64,000 bases of DNA from Carcharhinus longimanus (Eukaryota), in contig JASCQW010000099.1 in the NCBI GenBank assembly GCA_030264375.1, positions 67,100,792 to 67,164,791 on the forward strand, in the 5' to 3' direction. The notes beneath the pieces were generated by a model that was not told where the DNA came from, did no database searches, and was given only the letters and a program-made list of their open reading frames with translations. Numbering within the stretch: the first letter of the stretch is position 1; the number at the start of each line of letters is the position of its first letter. A program made the position numbers and the translations under genes. Shown in pieces: positions 1 to 12,146 of this stretch.

Positions 1-1612
1 CGGAGCCTCATTTTGGAGACAATGAGCCTGTGATCTGTCCAGCAGTCAGCACCACACATGGCCTTGGTTACTCTGACGTCCTGCCTGTCTTTTCTCCTGA
101 CAATGACGTAGTCGATAAGATGCCAATGCTTAGAGCAGGGGTGCATCCAGGAGGTCTTGTTATGGGTAGACAGATGGAAGATTGTTGGTGATGAGGAAGT
201 CGTGTGCTGCACAGCTCTTCATTAAGAGTAGGCTGTCACTGTTACACTTGCCCATGCCATTCCTCCCCATGACTCTCTGCTAGATTGCAGAGTCATACCC
301 TACTCTTGCACTGAAATCGCCAAGCAAGATCAGCTTATCAGTACTGCTCACTGCAGATTGGGCGTCCAATTCTTTGTAGAACTTGTCTTTCATCTTGTCT
401 GGGTTGTTCATTGTGGGGGCATAGGCACTGATCAGGGTGGCTTGACTTCTGTTCTGTAGTGGATGCTGTAATGTCATAAGCTGATCATTCACACCCTTGG
501 GTGGACTAACAAATTTCCGAACAAGGTGACTCCTGATGGTGAATCCAACTCCAGCATCACGACGCTCATCGCTGCCGCGACTCTTCCAGAAAAATATGTA
601 TCCACGTCCAGCTTCAGTCAACTGACCTACATTGGCAAGATGAGTTTCATTCAGGGCTGCAATGTCAGTGTTGTAACTTGAAAGCTCTCTGGCAATTAAG
701 GCTGTTCTTTTCTCTGGTCTGTTTGCTGTAGGGTTGTCCAAAAGCATGCGCACGTTCCAAGTGCCAGTGGTGTGTGCTGTCACCTTGTGTTTTGTTTGTT
801 CGACCGCAAGATGGGATCCCCGCCAGCTGCGGTAAACTGGCCAGGGTGTAGTGAAGCAGGCAATGTTTAGGGCACCTTTTGTAGCCCCTTCCTCATTCTA
901 CGGAGTTGAGCAGTGCATTCCTGAAGAGGACTGTTCAGTCGCCCAGGTAGATGCCGAGTTTCACTGCTGCTTCAGTCAGCGGAAAACGACCATTAGACCT
1001 AAGCGGCCTGTGTGCAGATCTGTGACTACAGCTCCCAGTGTATCCACACCTGTTGCTTTACCACTTGCCCATCGCCACAGGAATTCAAGGGTTGAACAGG
1101 ACGCTGATGATGGTGTCGAGACTAGCGCTTGATTTGGATTAAAGTGAGGGAGAGTTGCATAGTGTCAGCCTCACTCTCTCTTCCCAATTCCATCTAGATC
1201 CAGTGGCAAGACAAGAATCAAGATGGTTGGAGATGGGACTAGGCGCAGTGGATGACCAGGACGTCTTCTGCGTCTTGTCCTGCTCTCCGCGTTCTGCGCG
1301 CTTGCAGAGTCCGCCTTCTTGACCGTTGGACCTTCCACTGGTATCATCTGCTCAATCCGCCAGTGTCTGTCTTCACATGCTGGGATAGACATCTCCCTAT
1401 CTCACTGAAGGTCGAGACCCGTCGGCTACCCTCATCTGGTTTAGCCGGTTTGTCAAAGCCGTTGTCTGGGGTGTAGCCGCTGTCGCATGCGAACAGCTAC
1501 AGAGAGCCACAGGTGAGAGCTGAGTGCCAGGTGGGGACAAAGGGTGGACAAACTGCCCTGAAAGGACACAACATGTTCCCCCACCAGAGGATCCACCCCT
1601 CCCTGAAACCCT
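1..1612 (-). mobile_element. RTE-clade LINE, 5' portion (5' UTR plus AP-endonuclease domain), continuing off the left edge
   Basis: ORF 280-783(-) has APE motifs GTWNVRML, DIAALNET, GVGF, ISAYAPT and ILLGDF. In-frame stop at 280-282, with degenerate coding continuing to base 1. About 830 nt of GC-rich leader lies upstream, with no ORF1. Confidence 0.85.
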
Positions 1613-1629
1613 ATACACGTCTTTTTAAC

Positions 1630-2090
1630 ACATTAGCACGTCATTAACAAGCACTCTCACCGAGACGACCCCCTTCACCGGATATTAGGCAGGGAGTAGG
1701 TGGGTGCTTATTCTGACTGTGGGGGCAGGGAAGGGGCAGATGAGGGGGGGGGAAGTGGGGAAAGAGGCTGACAATCAGAGAAAGAAGGGGGAGAGAAGCG
1801 CCAACTCTGGGGATGGGGAGGGGAGCCCCTGAGATTTGTGTGGTGGACTGAGGGGGAGGGTTGTTATTGTTATGACCAGGGTGCCCTGTAAAGATGATGC
1901 CCCGATCTCAGTGCAGCCGGGTTTTGCCGACATGTTGAGGCCCCGTCTCCCTGCCTAACAGTGTGAAACACACCCCCTTGATTATTTTTGTCAGAGTGTC
2001 ATAAATCTGCAGAGAAAACCTATGTGAAAACATGCCAGTTTCCTTGCCGGAAACAACACTGCCATTTTTTTGCTAAGATTCCCCTCCAAT
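1630..2090. mobile_element. GC-rich non-autonomous DNA transposon (MITE) remnant
   Basis: G-run-rich core and an end (TAAGATTCCCCTCC) like those of other GGG/CCC-ended MITEs in the window. No coding capacity. Confidence 0.4.
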
Positions 2091-3003
2091 ATCTTTTTAA
2101 ATTTGTCATTTATATTTAAGATTTGGATGTTTCCTTCAAATGGAATAATGAAATAAAATAAAAACAAAGATATGTTGCATTGTTATTGTTGGATGCACAC
2201 AATTATAATTTGTTAAATTAAAATGTTTTGAGGTTGAACACCGAGATAATAATACATTAAAAATAAAAAAAAATCCTACCTCAAGGAGCTGGAACTGTGG
2301 AAAAAGTCCCAGTATAATTAGTTAATGTTGTGTCAATTAAGACAGCTGTATAAATAGCTGTTGAAGACTGTAATATCAAGATAAATTTAAGTGATTAAAT
2401 ACTTAACAGAGTGTTCCTCATTTGTACTGAAACCATTTGTTTGTTATCCAGTAAATACAATTAGCAGAGCTGTGACATATTCTGGAGATTTGATTCATTA
2501 CTTTTGTGTATTAAATAGATTTTGAAAAGCTAAATATACTTGAAATGTTTAATTGATTAATTGGTTCGAGTATGTGGGTGTAGCCAACAGGATAAATTGT
2601 ACTTGACAAATTATAATAGTTAAAAAGTATGTTCTTAGAGACTGAACACATCTCATGACACTGTGGATTGGAAATTCCCTTAAGTTCACATGTAGCATGT
2701 GCAGTGCATTCACCTTAATTTGGAAGTCTGAAGCTGGCCCAAACTGGGCTTCAAACTTCACGCATGTTATTTGGATGAGCTATTATCACTTGTCATGCCA
2801 CCACAGGGAGCTAGCCTATTTGAAAAATAATGAATGTTGAGTTTTTTCTTTCTTCCAGTTTGATGTTAAATCCTTGCAGGGGTGGGACAATAACTGTGAG
2901 AGGCATTGAAAAAAATTGTGGAGTTAGGGAAACACTCCTGGCTTTCCTTATTCCACGATAGTGATTTCTAAAAAAAGGAAAATGCTGGTCAAACTCAGAT
3001 AAG

Positions 3004-3225
3004 GCAGTCACCATAGTCCCAGATGACCATTGGCTGCTCTCCTCTTTGAGGGGTAGGGCTGACTGGTGATGATTTTAACCTGACGATTACTACACTGTAG
3101 GCGAGGGGCAAGGTTGGGAAGGTGGTTGGCCTTCATGAATAACCTCAGCCAGTATAGGAATTGAACCTGTGCTGTTGGGTTCGTTCTGCATCACAAACCA
3201 GCTGTACAGCCCAACTGAGTTAACC
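3004..3225 (-). mobile_element. tRNA-derived SINE
   Basis: The minus strand begins with a box-A-like TAACTCAGTTGG and a box-B GGTTCAATTCC, followed by a non-tRNA body. Confidence 0.7.
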
Positions 3226-3249
3226 AACTCCAGAACAATGTGGATGGGA

Positions 3250-3370
3250 ACCATGGACTCAAAACATTAACTGTGCTTCTCTCTCCACATATGGTGCCAG
3301 ACCAGCTAAGTTTATCCAGCATTTTCTGCTTTTAGTTCAGATTTCCAGCATCCACAGTATTTTGCTTTTA
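3250..3370 (+). mobile_element. Decayed Penelope-derived short repeat (a related minus-strand copy lies at about 57120-57210)
   Basis: The segment CTCTCTCCACA...CCAGCATTTTCTG...CAGATTTCCAGCATCCACAGTATTTTGCTTTT is recognised from memory as a common shark PLE-terminal repeat. Confidence 0.45.
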
Positions 3371-3404
3371 TATAAGTGATTAAAAAAACTGTTCCTACAC
3401 TCCA

Positions 3405-3502
3405 GAAATGATTACACTTAAAAAGTACTTCATTGCTTGTAAAGCACTTTGAAATAGCCATTGTTGTGAAAACCACTTATATAAATGCAAGTCTTTCTTC
3501 TC
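3405..3502 (+). mobile_element. DeuSINE/L2-type 3' tail fragment
   Basis: Contains AAAGTACTTCATTG...GTAAAGCACTTTG...ATATAAATGCAAGTCTTTCTT. Similar tails occur at about 10610-10700 and 18150-18225. Confidence 0.55.
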
Positions 3503-3829
3503 TTTTGATGACAAAGAATCCTGTGCGGAGCTAGCCAACTCCTGCACTGCTCATCACTGATCAATTTCCAAGAGAGGGTCTGCCAACATTATTCTCCTCA
3601 TTTACAAATAATGGGGATAATCCGTTTTATTCACCCATTGGGAATGTCTGAAAAATGGCCCAGCCATCTATTGAGTGAAACACCTTACAGACATATTTTG
3701 GTCCCCAAAATCGAGCAGCCATTTTGAGGCTCAGTTTCAATCCCACGGCAGTTAAATCCTGGCTAGATGTGAAAATAAAATCAAACATTCATTGTACAAT
3801 CTAAGTTTTACTCATATGTCATTTTGTAG

Positions 3830-3953
3830 GTTACTGGTATGGGATTGAGTTGGATAAACCCAATGGCAAGAATGACGGCTCTGTCGGGGGAGTGCAGTAT
3901 TTCACCTGTCAGCCAAAGCACGGAGTGTTTGCACCCCCATCAAGAGTTCAGAG
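3830..3953 (+). CDS. CLIP4: CLIP4 internal coding exon: C-terminal half of a CAP-Gly domain (probably the second), (G)YWYGIELDKPNGKNDGSVGGVQYFTCQPKHGVFAPPSRVQ(R)
   Basis: Acceptor ttttgtag|G at 3829/3830 and donor AG|gtacgg at 3953/3954; 124 nt, phase 1 to phase 2. Contains the CAP-Gly hallmark GKNDG. GSVGGVQYF and APPSRVQR match CLIP4 as recalled better than CLIP3 (GKHDGSVFGVRYF). Confidence 0.92.
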
Positions 3954-5809
3954 GTACGGGATATTAATTCTTGGCACTGGATTTTCTTTGGATATGCATG
4001 CAAATAATAAATTAAACAGTTTGGTCCTGGATTCAAAAAAGAGTATGATGAATAGGGAATTTCATTTATCATCAAATTTATAAATTGTTTTATTAAATAG
4101 AGAAAGTCGAAGTACCTGCTTAACTGTGCTATATTTTCTATATCTTCTGCTACAAAATCTGTGGCAGGCTTTCTCTAAATTCAGTACATAAAAAAAAAAC
4201 GAATGTACACATTTTTGTAGATAATTAATCCACATAAATTGAGTTGGAATAAGTATTGTACAGACTTTAAGGTAACAACATTAATATATTGTTGAATTTG
4301 CATAAAAGTGAACCCATTGTCTTGATTATTATTATGTTTTATATTTTGATTGTTTTCTGTCTAAGTCTTCATTGAGCATACATATATTTTTCCCCATTGC
4401 CTTCCTTGTGATATGTTTCCATGCTTGACCAAGAGGGAAGAATGGTGGCTTGCTCTCAAGCCTCTATCAGTGTTCCATTGCCTTCTGGATGGTGTCAGTC
4501 ATCCAGGCGAACATTTATCATTGTGTCATTCTTCCCTTTGACATCCAATTGCTAACTGAACAAACAGGAAAGCAAGGGAGCAAACCTTGCCACTCCATCA
4601 CACAGCTGGTTGTGTTGCATCGCATAAGGCATCTCACGATTTCATTCTAAAATTCGTTACAATGAGGAGCGTGAAACCAGTATGTAGGTTTCCTTTGAAA
4701 ACTAGTTTGTTCACGACATTACATTTCTGTCTTATTGTTTTTCAGCTCAATAACTTGTGCACACATTGACAGCCACCAGGTTTAATGCAGTACTGTTGTT
4801 TCACCATTATAAGGATTGCTTACAAAATTCAGGCCAGTATAATGGTATTTAAGTTGTTTCAAAATGTCAGCACAATATTGTTTCTTGTACCACTCCAGCT
4901 TCAGGATATATATTTGCTGGAGGTTTACCGCCATGGGCAGGCCATGGGAAACAGAACGTAAAGGGGCAGACCATGGAATTTTACAGTTTCGGGACGAGCG
5001 AGGCTGTAAAATCCACCCATTTACTATTATTTGTAAAATTGAATAAACAATGACTTAGAAATTGGATTATGCATGATCCCAATGCAATGCTCAACATATC
5101 TAATAAAGCAGGTGGCAAGATCTTGGCAAATTGATGCACCAATCTCATTGGCTTATTACTGGTGAGTTGCAGGTATTTGTCATAGCTTGGAAGACTGCTC
5201 ATTAGTTCCAAGGAAGGAAGATTAGCTGGTTCAAACACCCTTATAGAAGCCCAGGGGGGAGGGGTGAGAGGTCAGTCAATTGTAAGGGGGCTATGGTGAT
5301 GGTTCCTGACTCCACATTCCACAGTAAGATATGCAAAAATATAGGTTCAGTGTTAAGTTCTACTGATTTTGGTTACCAAACACCTGAAGAAACTGATGTC
5401 AGGTTATTCTCCAATCCAATTTTGTAAAGAGGCCTTCAAATAGGCAATAAGCCCTCAATCTGCATATCCCATGAACTCCTATTGAGAAGCCTTTACAAGT
5501 ATGGCAGGTAATGCATTTACTTCACAGAATGAACCTGGCATATCTGTCCTTTTAACACCAGTGAGATGGGAGCAGTGAATCTAATTTCTAGGCAATACTA
5601 CTCAAACAATATAGATATGTTGCTATAATACTGCATTTATTTCTCTTTATAGTCAGCTCAACAGATTGTGTGTGTCTCCAAAGTACAGTGAAATGTAATA
5701 AAGTCACTGTACACATTATAAAAGTAATGACAGCAAGCAAGAATATTTGTACTAATTAGTCATATATATGTAAAAGTCTAGTCATCAAAAATAAAAATTA
5801 TATTTCATG

Positions 5810-6130
5810 AAATTGGGGAGAGTGATCATTGTATGGTGGAGTTTCTGGTGCAGATGGAGGAGGAGAAAGTGGGTTCCCGGACATGCGTCCTTTGTTTGAA
5901 TAGAGGGGAGTACGGTAGGATGAGAGAAGAATTGGCGAATGTGGACTGGGGGAGTGCATTGNNNNNNNNNNNNNNNNNNNNNNNNNNNNNNNNNNNNNNN
6001 NNNNNNNNNNNNNNNNNNNNNNNNNNNNNNNNNNNNNNNNNNNNNNNNNNNNNNNNNNNNNTATTGAATGGCGGGGCAGGCTCGAAGGGCCAGATGGCCT
6101 ACTCCTGCTCCTATTTCTTATGTTCTTATG
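5810..6130 (+). mobile_element. CR1 LINE (ORF2 fragment, 100-N gap, 3' tail)
   Basis: SDHCMVEF and ELANVDW are typical of the CR1 ORF2 endonuclease end. The tail GAATGGCGGGGCAGGCTCGAAGGGCCAGATGGCCTACTCCTGCTCCTATTTCTTATGTTCTTATG follows the gap. Confidence 0.8.
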
Positions 6131-6316
6131 TAAATCATGTGATTATCAAAACCATACAAATCTGATATAAGGTCAGAGCACTTAAATTCTGTAAATGGTA
6201 AAATATTCCATTTCATATGATACAGGATTTTTAAAAAACACCTTTGACTGTAACTATTCTTTCATAGTACCAGACCAGGATTTATCTTAACTTGGCAATA
6301 AGAAGATCACAATGTA

Positions 6317-6388
6317 AAAGAACAAAGAACAAAAACAGCCCGGGAAACAGGCTCTTCGGCCCAATGAGCCCGCGCCGCCATTTTAACA
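6317..6388 (-). mobile_element. CR1-type 3' tail (severely 5'-truncated insertion)
   Basis: (AAAGAAC)n followed by ACAGGCTCTTCGGCCCAATGAGCCCGCGCCGCCATTTTAACA; near-identical to 44372-44449. Confidence 0.7.
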
Positions 6389-6518
6389 TTACCTGTCCCC
6401 CCTCCACCCATGACCAGAAAAGCACTTTAAATAAACTATAGGAAGGTTCAATAGTTATGCTTTTGTGTTCTTCAATTATATCTGTTCCTCAGTCTTAGAA
6501 CAACAATAACACAGTTTC

Positions 6519-6775
6519 AGGGGCATTGGGTGCAATTTTCACAAAAAAAAGTGTCCAATGGGCAGGAAAGTGGGAGGTTTCCCGGCCTTTTTTTTGTGTA
6601 AGCTGAGTTCCGGTAATTTATGGTAATCTGTGCAATACAGAGGCAGTCAGGTAATTCACCCAGTGGGGGGTTGGAGCCTAAACCCATCAGAGAGGCTGGA
6701 AGAAGAGAGCTCAGGGTGCATTGCGCGTGTGCAAACTCCCAGTATACTGCCCACTGAATCCAGCCTGGCAACTCA
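6519..6775. mobile_element. MITE remnant
   Basis: Starts GGGTGCAATTTTCAC and ends about TGAATCCAGCC. The architecture resembles the element at 30497-31286. Confidence 0.4.
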
Positions 6776-6824
6776 ACTGTCTAAAACTGATCCAGACTAT
6801 TTGCAAAGTTTGTGTTATGTTTGA

Positions 6825-6962
6825 CTTGAAGATGAGTTCCAACCACAATTCTGCTCTGCAATGAAGACTACCTCCTTTCACCTCCATAACATCTTTGGAC
6901 TCTACCTGAATCTCAACTCATCTGCTGCTGAAACCCTCATCCATGCCTTTTTTATCTCTAGA
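6825..6962 (+). mobile_element. L2 LINE RT C-terminal fragment
   Basis: The translation FHLHNI...AAETLIHAFFISR matches the L2 pattern FHLRNI...AETLIHAFVTSR. Confidence 0.65.
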
Positions 6963-9584
6963 NNNNNNNNNNNNNNNNNNNNNNNNNNNNNNNNNNNNNN
7001 NNNNNNNNNNNNNNNNNNNNNNNNNNNNNNNNNNNNNNNNNNNNNNNNNNNNNNNNNNNNNNTTCTGCATTGTAGGATTCTATGATTCTACGATTGCACT
7101 GGTCTACATCAATTCAGTACATATTTTGCTTCCATTTGTAACAATTCTTTTCTCCTGTTTCGTCTTTTATTCATCCACTTTAACCCAATGCACTTTAAAT
7201 GTGTCCCTTCAGCTATCAGAATGAATAACAGGCTGGAGGCTTAGTGCTGAGTGACTCCAGAGGTCAGCTGGTAGGAACTGTACACCCCATCCATATCACT
7301 TCCCAAGCAACCTCACTGCCCGTTTGAAGACTGATGATATCTCTCACATGAATAGATGGCAGGTGAGAATGTCGACCTCTACTGACACTTAAGCACAAGA
7401 AACAATTCCAACAACCAAACTATTTAAAATTATTAGTGTTCCGTCAAGTTGAAATAGAATTTTAAATTAGATCAAAATACATTCATCCTGTCAGATGCTA
7501 TGAATTAGTAATTGGAAGTGCAATGTACAACGGTATAGCTACATACTGATATCACCTTTGATGTGGGCAGGTTAAATAAAAACAAAAAAGCAAGTATAAC
7601 CAACCATTCAAACACCTTCTTCTGTAAACAGCATGAAATATTTATCAAGCATGATGCCCTATTGGTGCCCTCTATCCCACCCATAAAAACATAAAGGATT
7701 TTCAATAGGAATCATGCATGAGTACAGGTATGGAAATTCTAACTGTTTCATTAAGACATGTATTCATTAAATCTACATGGCAATTACTGAGATTCTCAAG
7801 AGGTTTGCGTTATCACAGAAGACCGTGCTATTTTTGTTTGTCTTTTTTCACAGTGATCTTGCAGCAAACCTTTAAACATGTTCACAGGATAATTGAATGG
7901 TTCAAACATTGAGAACATAACATTTCTGCTCTCCATTCAAAAAGGGGGTCTGGTCAATAAGTCAGTTTGACTCATTAGTAGTCCTCTCATCTTGGAATGA
8001 GATGGATGTATGTACAATTCATACTTGAAATCTTGTTCTGATCTTGAATCAGAACCTCCCCCCTCAAGGTTTTGGTTACGATCCAGTTAAAGGCCAGTAA
8101 CTTTCTGTTTAAAGTAGACAAAGTTTGAGATCTAAGACACTTCCTGAGAGAATAGAGGCACAAGGTTCCATGGCTTTTGAACAAACAAAATAAATTTCAT
8201 TACCATATTTCACTAGGTCAGAATGTTAAACAATTCACAATATCTATCACATACTCTTGAATGTTCAGGATTAGCATCAGGTATATGTGAAATAACAGGC
8301 AAACTGTGGTTGAACATACTAACTGCACAATAAATAGCAAATGCAACCAAGACAGATCCCATGGGTTTCTCAGCAACCCATCCAGATGTCAGTGAGCACT
8401 GAGTCAACCAATCATTGAAACACTGTCTCTTTCACGAGGGACTACAGTCTTCACCTTCAAAGATCTAGCGTTAGAATTCTCTTCAACATTGCTCAAACTC
8501 AGACTGACTCAGTGACAGAACACCTCAGATTATTTCAATCTCATCTCCTGACACTCTGTTCCCTGGATTGCTGAGCATGCACCCCAGCATCAACTCACAA
8601 GCACAACTTCAGCTCTCCGGCCATGTCAAGCACACCATTACTGCTCCAAAGAAGTGTCTTTACCCCATTGGCCTGCAAGACAGAATCACCAACCTGCTCT
8701 GGTCTTCTTCAATTTCCAGGTCTTCACCTGAACCCTCACTACTAAAGAGTTTTCTAACTGCAGCTCTTTTTATGACTGGAACTTTGCTCTGCACCTCTGT
8801 TTCTTTTTGACTGGGATCTCTCCCTATTCCCTCTCCCTGTCTGAGACTCCCATTGGGATCGCTCTTTATTCCCTGTCTAGGACTTTCTCCTGTGTCACAT
8901 GAACAGAATTTTCATGCTGTCTTTTATTCCTCTTTTCACACAGGCGTATTGAGTAATCCAAATGTTATGCTGCGCATGCCTACTCTAGGTCCCTGCATGC
9001 ATGAAAACACCTGGGGCCCATCAGGACTTGGCATTCCAAGCTCCCCCTGCTTGACAATAGGTAAGTCAGATTCCATAACAAATTCAAGCAGATAGTCTAA
9101 CCTTGTTTGGCATTGAGGGAGATACAGCCCTCTGGCTAAAATGTTAAACTGAAGTTCCATCGGATCACTTTGATGCCTCAGGTGATGTTAATGATCCTTA
9201 GCCTTACCTAGGAGAGAGCAGCAAGTTCCCTTGGTGTCCCAACATTTCTCTGCTGCTTGTAGATCCTTGTTGTGTGTAAATGTGGCCACCAAGTGTCCAA
9301 CTGCATCACAACAAGGCTATCTCAACAGTACTGGCAAGGTTCAACTTCACTCTTCAGTTTAGTCATGCGAACAAATCCAACAACCAAATGGGAAAGCTTG
9401 CATTTTTAAACAGTAAGTTTACATATTTTCCCTGTGATTCTGATGGCACCATTGCACTGCCAACTTTGAGATTTCAGCAGCAGGGATAACGAATCTATAT
9501 GTGTGCTGGAATGCGGAGCTGTCCAAAGACATATCGAGGCACATCAGATATACTGAAAAAGGAAGGCAACCTGGGGTTTTTTTA

Positions 9585-9725
9585 TTCTTTCATGGGATAT
9601 TGCCATCACTGTCAAGGCCAGAATTGGTTGCCAATCCCTAATTGTCCTTGAACTGATTGGCTTACTAAATAATTACAGAGGGTAGTTTAGAGCCAATCAT
9701 TATTGTAGATCTAGAGTCACAGTTT
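9585..9725 (-). mobile_element. SINE 3' fragment (family of 16120-16460)
   Basis: Reverse complement of the ...TAGGGATGGGCAATAAATGCTGGCC... tail. Confidence 0.55.
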
Positions 9726-9884
9726 ATGAACAAGTTGGAAAATCTCTGCCTGCCTGGAAGTAATTCATAAAATAACCTGAACACATACATTCAAAACCGC
9801 ACAAGTCACAATTATGGATCTTTTCAATATTAGATTGGTGGCAAATTAGTATTCCTAGACATATATGGCAGAATTTTGTTAAAC

Positions 9885-10607
9885 AGCTACTGGTGTGGGG
9901 CCCTCAGTAACAGCAAGTGCAGCGGGACCTGGGTGTCCTTGTGCGTGAATCACAAAAAGCTGCAGTAGATAATTAAGAAGACAAATGGAATTTTGTCCTT
10001 CATTGCTAGAGGGATGGAGTTTAAAAACAGTGAGGTTATGTTGCAGCTGTATAAGCTGCTGGTGTGGCAACACCTGGAGTACTGTGTGCAGTTTTGGTCA
10101 TCTTACTTGAAGAAGGATATATTGGCACTGCAGGGGGTGCAGAGGAAATTCACTAGGTTGATTGCGGATTTGAGAGGGTTGGCTTATGAAGAGACACTGA
10201 GTAGATGGGGACTATACTCATTGAGATTTAGAAGAATGAAGGGGGAATCTTATGGAAACATAAAATTATGCATGGAATTGATAAAGTAGAAGCAGGGAGG
10301 TTGCTTCCACTGGCAGGTGAAACTAGAATTCCAAATGAGGGGGAGCAAATTTAGGACTGAGTTGCTTCTTCACCAAAAGGGATGTGAATCTGTGGAATTC
10401 CCTGCCCAATGAAGCAGTTGAGGCTACTTTGTTGAATATTTTTAAGGTGTAGATAGATTTTTGAACAGTGAAGGAATTAAAGGTATAATGAGTAGGTGGG
10501 TAAGTAGAGCCAAGTCCACAAAAGATCAGCCATGATCTTATTGAATGGTGGAAGAGGCTCGAGAGGCCAAATGGCCAACTCCTGCTCCTAGTTCTTATGT
10601 TCTTATG
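9885..10607 (+). mobile_element. CR1 LINE 3' end
   Basis: ORF 9993-10289 ([18 protein letters not shown]...VQRKFTRLI) is the CR1 RT C-terminus. It is followed by the 3' UTR and a (GTTCTTAT)n tail. Confidence 0.9.
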
Positions 10608-10919
10608 TCACTGCTACCTGATAACTCCTGCGTCTCAGTGTCAAAAATGATTTTATTAATAATGCTTGTTAAGCACCAAGTGACATTGTAAATGCAAGTT
10701 ATCGCTGTCTCTGCTCCACAATACAGTGATGCTATATGCTTAACAAAATCAAAACTTAAATATAAAGACCCAAAGCCCTATTGATTTCATCTCGTGTTTA
10801 TTATATTATATCAGGACTGGGAGTGAGGACATGTGATGGATAGTTGAACTCTTAGGGGGTGAAAAGTTGACAATGGGTACTAAATGAATGAAAGGAATAA
10901 GATACTTCTTTCTGAGAAG

Positions 10920-11975
10920 TTCATGGGACATGGGTGTTGCTGGCTGGGCCATTATTTATTGCCCATCCCTGAGGGCATTTAAGAGTCAACCACTGCTGTG
11001 GTCTGGAGTCACGTATAGGTCAGACCAGGTAAGGATAACAGATTTCCATCCTAAAGGACATTAGTGACCCACATGGGTTTTATGACAATCGACAATCATT
11101 TCATAGTCATCAAGAGACTTTTAGGGCCCGATTTAAAACTTGGTAAAGTCGGGCTTGAGGCGAATAGTGCAATCTGCGCTGATTTGGAAATGGACGCGAT
11201 CAGGACAGTGCCCGATAAGGGCGCGACATCAATTTCAATGCATTTGCGTGCAGTTAAATTGACTTAATGGGCTGGACACCCATTTCCCCCATTATCATTG
11301 CTTTGGCCTGTCCAGATTCAGCGCAAAACAGACATGCTCGGCAAAAGTCTGTTTTGGGCGCTCCAGCTTCTGAAGAGGTAGGTTCAGAGCTTCCAGTCGT
11401 TCTCTAAGTTCAGATCAGTGGTGTTGAGGATTGCGGAGAGGGCGGATGGAGGCCAGATCATTCTCTGGTGGGGGGAGGAGGGGAAGAGGAGGGCCTGATC
11501 GTTCTCTGGTGGGGAGTGGGGGGAGGAGGGAGGATGGCCAGATGGATCTGTGGTGGCGAGGGGGCGCAGGGGTGATGTCTGTGGGGGCCATTGCTTCCAG
11601 ACCACTTCTTGCAGCCTGGGAGTGATGTGGCAGGGGAGCGTTTTTCAATTTTTTTTACTGCATATGTGCAGTTGAAGGCTCTGACCAGATCAGCAGCGTT
11701 CCGGGTGGGATAAGCCCCGTCCATAGTGCAATTCAAATTCACAACTTTTTTTTCAGGCTGAGTGCGTATAGGGGCGTCTGAGAACAGGGTTCACAAGTCA
11801 CATCTGAATCACGCCCAGATTCAGCACTTAGAATCAAAATGGTACAATCGCCCCCTTAATTCCAGATTTTTTTATTGAATATAAAGTTCATGATCTGCCG
11901 TGGTGAGATTTGAACCCAGGTCCCCAGAGTATTACTATACTTCTCTGGATTACTAGTCCGTTGACATTGCCAATA
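10920..11975 (-). mobile_element. tRNA-derived SINE split into two parts (10920-11123 and 11856-11975) by a MITE
   Basis: The two halves join into the reverse complement of the SINE at 16120-16460 and 30100-30450. Box B (GGTTCAAATCTC on the minus strand) is near 11905-11916. Confidence 0.75.
11124..11855. mobile_element. PIF/Harbinger-like MITE
   Basis: Imperfect TIRs GGGCCCGATT... and ...AATCGCCCCC, flanked by a TTA duplication (11121-11123 and 11856-11858). G-rich core. Confidence 0.7.
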
Positions 11976-12146
11976 CCAGGCATCTGTTCGAACTTCTGAA
12001 AATTTGCAATTTTGATCCTAACTGCTGATGACCATATATCGAACTTGCTGGGGAATACTAAAGCAGGCACTGAGATTTGGCATTTAAGTGCTAATCAGGC
12101 ACAATTTTCATGGAGCAGTATCTACAAAACCACTTGCGCTGAGGCT

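Noticed and set aside
3850-4083. ORF-track 77-aa protein as a stand-alone gene
   Set aside because: It is the CAP-Gly exon read through its donor at 3954 into the intron; the TTG start is internal to the exon.
11384-11742. Pro/Gly-rich overlapping ORFs (also 30648-31120 and 45265-45942)
   Set aside because: These are by-products of GC-rich MITE interiors with few stop codons.
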